The translations under genes were made by a program, and so were the position numbers. The notes beneath the pieces are model-generated. The model made no database searches. It had not been told where the DNA came from and was given only the letters and a program-made list of their open reading frames with translations. This document shows positions 41,634 through 49,254 of a DNA stretch of 49,254 bases, in pieces. The stretch comes from Clostridia bacterium (GTDB taxonomy: Bacteria > Bacillota > Clostridia > Christensenellales > UBA1242): positions 1 through 49,254 of the forward strand of contig JAFTMY010000037.1 of NCBI GenBank assembly GCA_017452165.1, written 5' to 3'. The first letter of the stretch is position 1; every line of letters begins with the position of its first letter.

Positions 41634-41704
41634 AAAACCACGAGTTTATCTCGTGGTTTTATAAATAAAAAAGATAAAACAATTAAGTTTTATCTTTTTT
41701 TATT
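41634..41704. terminator. Two adjacent terminator hairpins between convergent genes
   Basis: AAAACCACGAG/CTCGTGGTTTT and AAAAAAGATAAAAC/GTTTTATCTTTTTT. Confidence 0.8.
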
Positions 41705-41709
41705 GTTTA

Positions 41710-44700
41710 TTATAAGAAACCTTCATCTCCGTTTGAATTCTTTGTTTCAGCAGTTTCAGCAGATGCTTCTTCTGTTTCTTCAGTTGGAGTTTCATTAGAA
41801 TCAGTAATTGATTCTTCATTAGAAGATTCATCATTAGTTTCTACTGTTGTTTCTTCTACTGTAGCAGGAGTTTCTTCGTTTGTTTCTTCTACTGTAGCAG
41901 GAGTTTCTTCAGTTGTTGTATCTAATGAAACATTTTTATTTGCTTCATATTTTGCTTTTTTCTTATCTTCTTTTTCTTTTACTTTTGTATCAACTTTGTT
42001 TGGATTAACAACGATGATATCTCCTTCAACTTTATGTTTAGAAGATTTAATAGGGTGTTTCTTAATGAAGATTGCAACAAGTGCAATGATAAGAACAATA
42101 CCTAAGAGGAGAGAAGAGAAGATATAGAAGAATGTTGCCCAAATTGATGAATCCTCATCTTCTTCTTCAGTTGTTTCATCTTTCTTAACTTCTTCTGTGC
42201 CATAGAATCTCTTAGCGATAGAAGATGAATCATTTTCTTTGTATAATTCTTCATTTGCTTCACAATACTCATTAAATAATGTTTCGTTAGCAAGTTTTTC
42301 AAGAGAAATACCAGCAATGATTGCATATCCAGAGCAAGGTGATTTTTCAGAACCGAGTGAGAATTTCACTTTAAATTCTGAGTAAGAACTTGTGTTTGTT
42401 TTAAGCCAAAGTTCATAGCATACGAAACCATTTTCATCAGCGTTCTTAGATTTTGTTGTATCAATGTTATTCCAGTTTACTGTAACTGCATCAACAGAGA
42501 TATTTAAACCACTTTCGCCATTCTTAGCAACAATTTCACTTGTTTTAACATAAATCTTAAGAACATAGAATGAAGATTTTGCTACAGAATCAAGTAATCT
42601 TGGAGATACTACAGTGTAATCTGTTGTATATCCATTTGAAAGAATAAGAACATTTTGTGAATAATTGTTGTTTAATTCAGAACCAGGAATTACTTGATTA
42701 TTTAATTCAATATCGTTATTGAAATTATATGTGTAATTATTTTTGTTTACTGTTGTAGTTGTTGTGTCAGTATCATTAAATGTAATTTTAACTGTTGAAC
42801 CATTTTTAGTAATTGTATAGTTACCAAGTTCATTGTTATCAGCCTTTTTATTCTTATTTAAGTCAAAACCTGCAACTTCAACAGTGAACATTGAATCACT
42901 ATAAAGTTTAAATGTTGTTGTTTCGCCTTCTTTAACTTCTTTAATATAGAAAATATTATCAGCATCAGTTTCAGATGTATAAGTATTTTCTTTTTCTGAT
43001 TTTAAGAATAATACATCTTTAATTTCAGCAGTGTAGTGTGTAGATGTTGTTTTTGAGTAGTAGTTAGCAACAACAGTTCCAGTAGCACCAACTGTGTATC
43101 CAGATGTGTTAACGCTTGTATTTGTATAGTTAGAACTATTAAATACACCATTTTCTTCTTTATTTGAGTGAATAGAGAAGTTATAGTCACCTAAATTAAT
43201 AAATTGATAGTTAGAAAGTGAAGGGTAGTTATAAATAGAATCGGTTGATGTTTCAACATTTTCGCTAGCATCAACAATAGCGTCTCTTGCTTCATCAATT
43301 GATTTGTAAGTAGATGTTGCATTTGTAACTTTTTGGAAGAAACAAGTTCCAACTGCATCTTCAACACCAATTTCAATATAAACATTAGTAGAAGCAGAAC
43401 CACCCATAATATAGAATGTAAATTTATTCCAACCTTCTTGTAAATCATCGCTAGAAACTTTGAAGTTAGTTAAGATATTAGCATCAGAAACTGAACTAGA
43501 GTATAAGTTAGCAATCATATTACCTTTAAAGTTATAACCAGCGTAGAATTCAAATGACATTTCATAAAGAGTTCCTGATGAAAGACTAGTAGATGATGAA
43601 TAAATTGCATAGTTGTTTGTTACATTATATTCTTTACCGTCTTCACCATGAATAGATGCTTTTGCTTTATCTGGAGCATAGATAGCGAAGAGATTGCTAT
43701 CAAAACCATTTGTAGGAACTTTTGATACTTCAATATCTTTTTCGCTTTCTGCTTTATTATATTTTGTGTAGAAGTTGTCATTGTTTGAATTGTTCCAATA
43801 ATCTTGAGATGTAGGAACAACACCTGCAATAACATTTTGAGATGCTGTTTTTGATTTTGTCCAACTTTCAACGTCAAATGGTTTTGTATAATCAACGTCA
43901 ACATAATCAGTTGTAAGTGTCATTAAGTTAAAGTAACCATTTGTGATACCTTTGTTAAATACAGATTTAGAAGGTGAGAGAGCAAGACAAGTTGTAAGAT
44001 TTTCAGAATCTGAATTTGCTTTATCATAAGTTGTGCTATTTACTTTTTCAATTGTGATATTGTCAAAATAAACAGTTGAATCAGCGTCAGCAAGTAAAAC
44101 TACATTAACATCTTGGTTGTGATAAGCATTTCCTTCAATATAGAAAGAAACAGGGATCCAACTATATTCATTAGTTGGTTTTGTTGTGTAATCAGCAAGA
44201 TAAGCACTTACTTTAGAGTTACTAGCAGAAACTAAAGAACCTTGGTTTGTTGTTCCTGCAGTGTATAAGATTGATTCTAATTTAATAGTTGCAGTAGATT
44301 CTTTCTTTGGAGAATAAATCCATACTGTAACTTTATAATATTCATTTTGTTTTACAGTAAATGTGTTAGAAGCAATACCAAGAGATTTTAATCTATCTTT
44401 GTTTTCAATTTTGATAACTTGGTTATTAGAGATAAATGTGCTGTCGATAGTAGGAACATCATTTTTATTATCTTCTTCTTTCTTGTCTTCTTCCTTATTA
44501 TCTTCTTCTTTTTTATCTTCCTCTTTGTCTTCTTCTTTCTTGTCTTCTTCTTTAATAGTTTTATCAATAGTTGATTCTTCAACTACAGAGATTGAAACTT
44601 TTTTATCTGTGTATGCTTGTTGATAAGCCTTTAAGATATCATTGTTTCCTTGACCAGAATGTTCTCTACTAATATAGTAGTGCCAATCAGAGTGAGAAGT

Positions 44701-47700
44701 GAAACCGTCTTGACCATCAACAAATGTAAGATTTGAAAGTCTATTATTAAGTGTAGCACTTGAATCTAAATTAAAGTTTTCGTTCCAATCAGAAATAATT
44801 GAACTGTTTGTAATACGATTATTTAATTTTTCATTTTCACCAATTGCAATAAGATTTTTATTTTCTTCACCTGTAGCAATTGTTTCAGCTGCTAAAAATA
44901 CAGGATTTTTATATTCATCTACATTTTCAAATAGGTGAGTTTTTGTAATAACCTTAATAGGTAATACTGTTGCAGTTGAATCGTTTACACCTTGGTAAAC
45001 ATAAATAACTTTGCTGTTATCTTTTTCTTCAAATGATGGAAGAACTTTATTATCTGAATCAATATTATGTTTATAATAATAGTCATATTCTTCGTCTAAA
45101 AGCATATCTTCAGCAACTTGAAGATCATCAAGTTTAACATATCTTTCAGCGATTTCATCAATATTTGCTTGAGTAACGATAGGGAAGTCTTTAGTAACTG
45201 TATTATATTCTTTAATTTCTTGTTGAACAGGTTTGTTATCAATAGTTTGATTATTATAGTCAGTTTCACCAATTAAAGTGATTTTAATGTTATCAAACAT
45301 TACAGTTCCTGAAACTTCAGTTTGATTTGTTGAGCCAGCAATGCTATCTTCAGTTCCTAAATACATATACATATATATTTTAGAAGGAGTAATAGCATCA
45401 GTAGCAATGAATGCATTGTATTGAACCCATTTTCCGTCAGTAGAAATGTTTTCAATAGAAACATCTGAAATTACTTTATCATTATCTTTAATATAGAATG
45501 ATGCAGTAACTTTATTATTTTCATCTACTACTGTATTGTTGTTTTCATCAACATAATTGCTATTTGTATAAGCGTAGAATGAAATGTTATAGTAACTATT
45601 TGCTTTAAGTTCTACTGAAGATGATGTTTTGAAATAATAATATGAATTTTCTTCATAGTAAGTTGGTGTAGGTTCTCCAGAAACTAACTTTTTGTAGTAA
45701 AGTTCAAGACCTGGAACATAATTTTCATCTTTACTTCCATCTTTTTTATATGGTTCAATCAATTCATAAGCATTTTTATCATAATTTACATCTGTAGAGT
45801 AGAATGATTCATAAAGTAAACTTTCATCTTTAGAATATACATAAATTTTCTTGTCAGATTGAGCAGTATTTGTATATTTGTAGTAAAGTTTTGTATAAGT
45901 TTTGCTATAGTTGTCATCATTTTCGTTGATGAGAACATAGAATTCTGAGTTTTGTTTTAATTCATCTGTTGTAATTGTTGTATAGTAGAGTGATTTATAT
46001 GAAGCCTTATCTGTTGAAGTAAGTGAGTCATCTACAATATATACAGCATTTCTTCCAGTGATTTGGTTTTGAACGAATAAGTTGCTATTTGAAATATAAG
46101 CATCTTTATTTTCAAAATTTGTGCTTAATTTGTAATAAAGTTTAAAGTTTTTGTTATAGTTTGAATCAATTGTTTCAAGTTCTACATATTTAAAATATGT
46201 TTCCTTGTAATCTTTAGAAGTAAATACTTTATAGTTAAGATTTTTATAAACTTGGTTATCCTTAGCATTGTCTGTATCGTCAATGATATAGATTTGTTTT
46301 ACTTCTTCAGTTGTGTGTTTGTAGTAAACATCATATGAATTTGATTCACCATTAATTTCTTTTGAAACTGTTGAAGGAACTTTTGAATATAAATTTCTAA
46401 TAATATCAAGAGATTGCTTAGAAATTGCTGTATAAGAAGTTTCTCCAACTTTTACATCTACTGTATAAACATAAATAACTTTTTCGTTATTAAGAGTTTC
46501 AAATTCGTTTAAGTTTGGATTACCATTTTCACCGATTGTGTGTTTGTAGTAGAATTTGTAGTTAGAATTTAATGTTTTGTCAGTAACTTCGTCATAATGA
46601 GAAGTTTGTTTTTCAATAACATCTTTAGAAACAGTAGGGTATTTAACTCCATCAATTTCTAAATTGTCAACTAAAACATAAACATTTTTGTTACCTTCAG
46701 AATCCTTTTCATATTTTTTTGAAGCAACTGTTGTTTTTTCAAATTCTACATTAGGAGTAGATTCTGTTACATAACCAGAATAGTTTGTAGTTGTTGTTTT
46801 AAAATATGTTCTATTTTTCCTGTAGTAAAGAGAGTATCCTTTAATATATGGAGAATCAGTTGATTCAATCAATTGATAATCTTTCATAGTAATAGGATAT
46901 TGTTTTGTTTGATCATCATTTGCATCTTCACCAAGTTTAAGTTCTTCAACTGGTAAAGAGAAGTTTGGATTATTTGCTTTAAAATCTTCAAGAGATGTTT
47001 GTGATGGATCAATATATACAACTTTTTTAGATGAAGTATATGAAGATGAAGATATCTTGAAGAAAAGTTTGCTTCTATTTTCACTATCTTTAAATAAATT
47101 TACAATTCTATTAAAGTCGTTTGTAGAGATTGTGCTAAATAATTTACTAAAGTAAACATTAGCATAGTTTACAGAACCTGCCAAGTATGGAACTTGAACA
47201 TAAGTATAGTTACTTGTATCTTTATAACCATCTTTATTTGTTTCAAGTCTATCTTCTGTTCCTTTATTAAGTTCAGTATTTGAAATAACATGAACATAGT
47301 AGAGAGAATCATAAGTTGCTTGTTCTGAAATTGATGGATTATCATTAACAACATAAAGTTCATAAACTGAGTTTGTCATATCATAAGGAACTTTTTCATA
47401 AGCATAGTATGTTTGTTTTTCTTCAAAATAACCAAATTCTCCATGTTGAATTGGTCTATAATAAAGGGCATTTGATTCAAGTTCAGAAATTGCATAAGAT
47501 GTATCAACTTTATAGCCTTTATCTTTGAAACTTCTATAACTTTCATTATTGCTAAGTTCTGTTTCATTACCAAAGTAATAAACTCTTGGCATTGAGAATG
47601 TTATACCATTATTTGTATAAGTTTCTTTTTTGTAATTAAAGTCGGTTCTTTTATTTTCAAGTAAATCATCTTTGTCAAAATAGTAACCTTGAACAACTGG

Positions 47701-48555
47701 TGCTTTGTTAGCAATGATTGCTGCTACGTGATCATCTTGTGAAGAACCATCATAGTTTGTAATTACAGTTGTTTCTTCAATTTTCTTATCAATAAAAGTT
47801 TTAACTCTTTTAAATGATACGCTCTTAGCATAGAAATCATCGTTATCATCTGCTAAACCGTCATTTCCTTCAACAGCGATTTGATTATTTTCAAGGAAAT
47901 TAGCAATTGAGTTATAGATGTTTGCTTTGTAGAGTTCACCACCAGCACCTTTGCTAAATAAAGCAGGGAGTGTGTGTTCTTCATTTATAGTAGTTGTTAC
48001 ATTATCATTTTTTTCTTCATCAAATTTTGTTTCTGTTTTTTCAACTGTAAAAGGAGATTCAGTTGTAACAAAATATTCAAAATACTCTCTAAATGAGGTG
48101 TATGATGAAAGAGAAGCAGATGAATTTGCTTCATAGTATGAACTGAGGCTTTTTTGATTTAAGAATTCTAAGTATAAAGAATATTCACCAAAATATTTGC
48201 TGTTTTTATCTTTATCTTGTGCTTCAAGGAATTCATTAATATATTGATTAAATAATTTATTATATCTTTCAGAATAATTCTTTAAGATATTGTAATTATT
48301 TGAACTTCCTGTGAAGTAACTGCTAGTTCCATCAGCATATAAACCAGCATTTACATTAGATTCTTGTTTTACACCATCATCACCATAATATGTTTGAGTG
48401 GTGCTAGAGGAATAAGCACTTGTCTTTTTATTTTTAGAAATACTCATCGAAATTAAACTAATTGGTGAGTAGTTAAAACTAAATAATAAAATGAAAGCAA
48501 GAATTATTCCAAAAATAGATTGTTTCTTTTCTTTTATAAATTTAATTTTTTTCAT
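41710..48555 (-). CDS. Giant (2281 aa) surface protein: signal/TM, Tyr-rich repeats, about four CBM-like domains, C-terminal TM and acidic tail
   Basis: N-terminal hydrophobic segment; repeated (L/F/V/Y)YY(K/R); LKANSYYNISFY...W..Y...FDNIKI-type beta-sandwich motifs; TM IWATFFYIFSSLLLGIVLIIALVAIFI-KK. Confidence 0.85.
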   Translation of the reverse strand: MKKIKFIKEKKQSIFGIILAFILLFSFNYSPISLISMSISKNKKTSAYSSSTTQTYYGDDGVKQESNVNAGLYADGTSSYFTGSSNNYNILKNYSERYNKLFNQYINEFLEAQDKDKNSKYFGEYSLYLEFLNQKSLSSYYEANSSASLSSYTSFREYFEYFVTTESPFTVEKTETKFDEEKNDNVTTTINEEHTLPALFSKGAGGELYKANIYNSIANFLENNQIAVEGNDGLADDNDDFYAKSVSFKRVKTFIDKKIEETTVITNYDGSSQDDHVAAIIANKAPVVQGYYFDKDDLLENKRTDFNYKKETYTNNGITFSMPRVYYFGNETELSNNESYRSFKDKGYKVDTSYAISELESNALYYRPIQHGEFGYFEEKQTYYAYEKVPYDMTNSVYELYVVNDNPSISEQATYDSLYYVHVISNTELNKGTEDRLETNKDGYKDTSNYTYVQVPYLAGSVNYANVYFSKLFSTISTNDFNRIVNLFKDSENRSKLFFKISSSSYTSSKKVVYIDPSQTSLEDFKANNPNFSLPVEELKLGEDANDDQTKQYPITMKDYQLIESTDSPYIKGYSLYYRKNRTYFKTTTTNYSGYVTESTPNVEFEKTTVASKKYEKDSEGNKNVYVLVDNLEIDGVKYPTVSKDVIEKQTSHYDEVTDKTLNSNYKFYYKHTIGENGNPNLNEFETLNNEKVIYVYTVDVKVGETSYTAISKQSLDIIRNLYSKVPSTVSKEINGESNSYDVYYKHTTEEVKQIYIIDDTDNAKDNQVYKNLNYKVFTSKDYKETYFKYVELETIDSNYNKNFKLYYKLSTNFENKDAYISNSNLFVQNQITGRNAVYIVDDSLTSTDKASYKSLYYTTITTDELKQNSEFYVLINENDDNYSKTYTKLYYKYTNTAQSDKKIYVYSKDESLLYESFYSTDVNYDKNAYELIEPYKKDGSKDENYVPGLELYYKKLVSGEPTPTYYEENSYYYFKTSSSVELKANSYYNISFYAYTNSNYVDENNNTVVDENNKVTASFYIKDNDKVISDVSIENISTDGKWVQYNAFIATDAITPSKIYMYMYLGTEDSIAGSTNQTEVSGTVMFDNIKITLIGETDYNNQTIDNKPVQQEIKEYNTVTKDFPIVTQANIDEIAERYVKLDDLQVAEDMLLDEEYDYYYKHNIDSDNKVLPSFEEKDNSKVIYVYQGVNDSTATVLPIKVITKTHLFENVDEYKNPVFLAAETIATGEENKNLIAIGENEKLNNRITNSSIISDWNENFNLDSSATLNNRLSNLTFVDGQDGFTSHSDWHYYISREHSGQGNNDILKAYQQAYTDKKVSISVVEESTIDKTIKEEDKKEEDKEEDKKEEDNKEEDKKEEDNKNDVPTIDSTFISNNQVIKIENKDRLKSLGIASNTFTVKQNEYYKVTVWIYSPKKESTATIKLESILYTAGTTNQGSLVSASNSKVSAYLADYTTKPTNEYSWIPVSFYIEGNAYHNQDVNVVLLADADSTVYFDNITIEKVNSTTYDKANSDSENLTTCLALSPSKSVFNKGITNGYFNLMTLTTDYVDVDYTKPFDVESWTKSKTASQNVIAGVVPTSQDYWNNSNNDNFYTKYNKAESEKDIEVSKVPTNGFDSNLFAIYAPDKAKASIHGEDGKEYNVTNNYAIYSSSTSLSSGTLYEMSFEFYAGYNFKGNMIANLYSSSVSDANILTNFKVSSDDLQEGWNKFTFYIMGGSASTNVYIEIGVEDAVGTCFFQKVTNATSTYKSIDEARDAIVDASENVETSTDSIYNYPSLSNYQFINLGDYNFSIHSNKEENGVFNSSNYTNTSVNTSGYTVGATGTVVANYYSKTTSTHYTAEIKDVLFLKSEKENTYTSETDADNIFYIKEVKEGETTTFKLYSDSMFTVEVAGFDLNKNKKADNNELGNYTITKNGSTVKITFNDTDTTTTTVNKNNYTYNFNNDIELNNQVIPGSELNNNYSQNVLILSNGYTTDYTVVSPRLLDSVAKSSFYVLKIYVKTSEIVAKNGESGLNISVDAVTVNWNNIDTTKSKNADENGFVCYELWLKTNTSSYSEFKVKFSLGSEKSPCSGYAIIAGISLEKLANETLFNEYCEANEELYKENDSSSIAKRFYGTEEVKKDETTEEEDEDSSIWATFFYIFSSLLLGIVLIIALVAIFIKKHPIKSSKHKVEGDIIVVNPNKVDTKVKEKEDKKKAKYEANKNVSLDTTTEETPATVEETNEETPATVEETTVETNDESSNEESITDSNETPTEETEEASAETAETKNSNGDEGFL
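41847..41910. repeat. 33-bp-period tandem duplication encoding EETPATVEET x2
   Basis: TTGTTTCTTCTACTGTAGCAGGAGTTTCTTC exact at 41847 and 41880. Confidence 0.9.
44462..44552. repeat. ~15-bp minisatellite encoding (K/N)KEED repeats
   Basis: KEEDKKEEDKEEDKKEEDNKEEDKKEEDNK in the giant protein. Confidence 0.85.
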
Positions 48556-48591
48556 ATTAACCGTCCCATATTGAATAATTAACTAGCGTAT

Positions 48592-48620
48592 ATTTTAATA
48601 TATTCTTTAATAAAAATCAA
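48592..48620 (-). promoter_or_regulatory. Probable SigA promoter of the giant gene
   Basis: TTGATT-17 bp-TAAAAT on minus strand. Confidence 0.5.
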
Positions 48621-48861
48621 CCTTTTTGTGTGATTATTATTCGAAAAATTAAACAATTTTTAAATTAAGTAAAAAAATAATAAAAATTGGACATAATATT
48701 GATTAGAAATATTAAAACAAGATGATTTTCATAGATTATTTAAGATAAAACAAAATAAAACTATAAGTTAAAACTTATAGGAAATAAAAAATCTTATAAA
48801 ATAATTATTATCAATACTATAAAAAATATTCAAAATAAATTTTTCTAAAAAAGGGGTAGGT

Positions 48862-49218
48862 ATGACAAAAAATATAAAATTCATTATATGTGGAATTATA
48901 GCAGGGATAATTAACGGATTTTTTGGTGCTGGTGCAGGGCTTATTTTAGTGCCACTAATGAGTGGAGTAGGTAAACTTGATTCTAAAAAATCTCACGCAA
49001 CAACTCTTTCTTGTGTTCTATTTATGTGTATCTGTGGAAGTTTTGTTTATTTTTTTAATAAAGTTATTGACTATAAACTTACAATTTTTTGTGTAATTGG
49101 TTCTGTTATTGGTTCTTTAATAGGAACAAAGTTACTTAAAAATTTAAAAAATAATATCATTGATTTAATCTTTTCAATTGCTCTTATTGGGGCAGGTGTA
49201 TGTATGATTTTATTTTAA
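48862..49218 (+). CDS. Half-size TauE/SafE (TSUP) family transporter
   Basis: GIIAGIINGFFGAGAGLILVP, KKSHATTL, GSLIGTKLL. Confidence 0.85.
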   Translation: MTKNIKFIICGIIAGIINGFFGAGAGLILVPLMSGVGKLDSKKSHATTLSCVLFMCICGSFVYFFNKVIDYKLTIFCVIGSVIGSLIGTKLLKNLKNNIIDLIFSIALIGAGVCMILF

Positions 49219-49254
49219 ATTGTTATGAGTATTTTTTAAAAAAAATTACTGAAA

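Overview
Very AT-rich chromosomal segment (standard code 11) from a low-GC, probably spore-forming Bacillota (Clostridia-like, judged from the T-box, SigA promoters, SpoVB-like, DUF421 and DUF4363 genes). Housekeeping genes: partial NifU-like scaffold, yigZ, recX, lgt, groES-groEL, sepF, rpiB, glyQS with a glycine T-box, uvrB-uvrA. Interspersed accessory loci: (i) a five-gene operon joining a tandem YwaF/TMEM164-type membrane Cys-His enzyme, an ABC exporter, an Ig-domain membrane protein and a 1509-aa Ig-repeat lipoprotein (best candidate for an undescribed system); (ii) a TetR / MacB-type ABC pair separated by an array of TGTWACA boxes; (iii) signal-less orphan enzymes (transglutaminase-like Cys-His-Asp, HExxH protease); (iv) an 852-aa single-pass coiled-coil protein; (v) a 2281-aa surface protein with an unrecognised Tyr-rich repeat and CBM-like domains. 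No rRNA, tRNA, CRISPR array or transposase was seen. All family calls come from motif recognition by eye, not from database searches.
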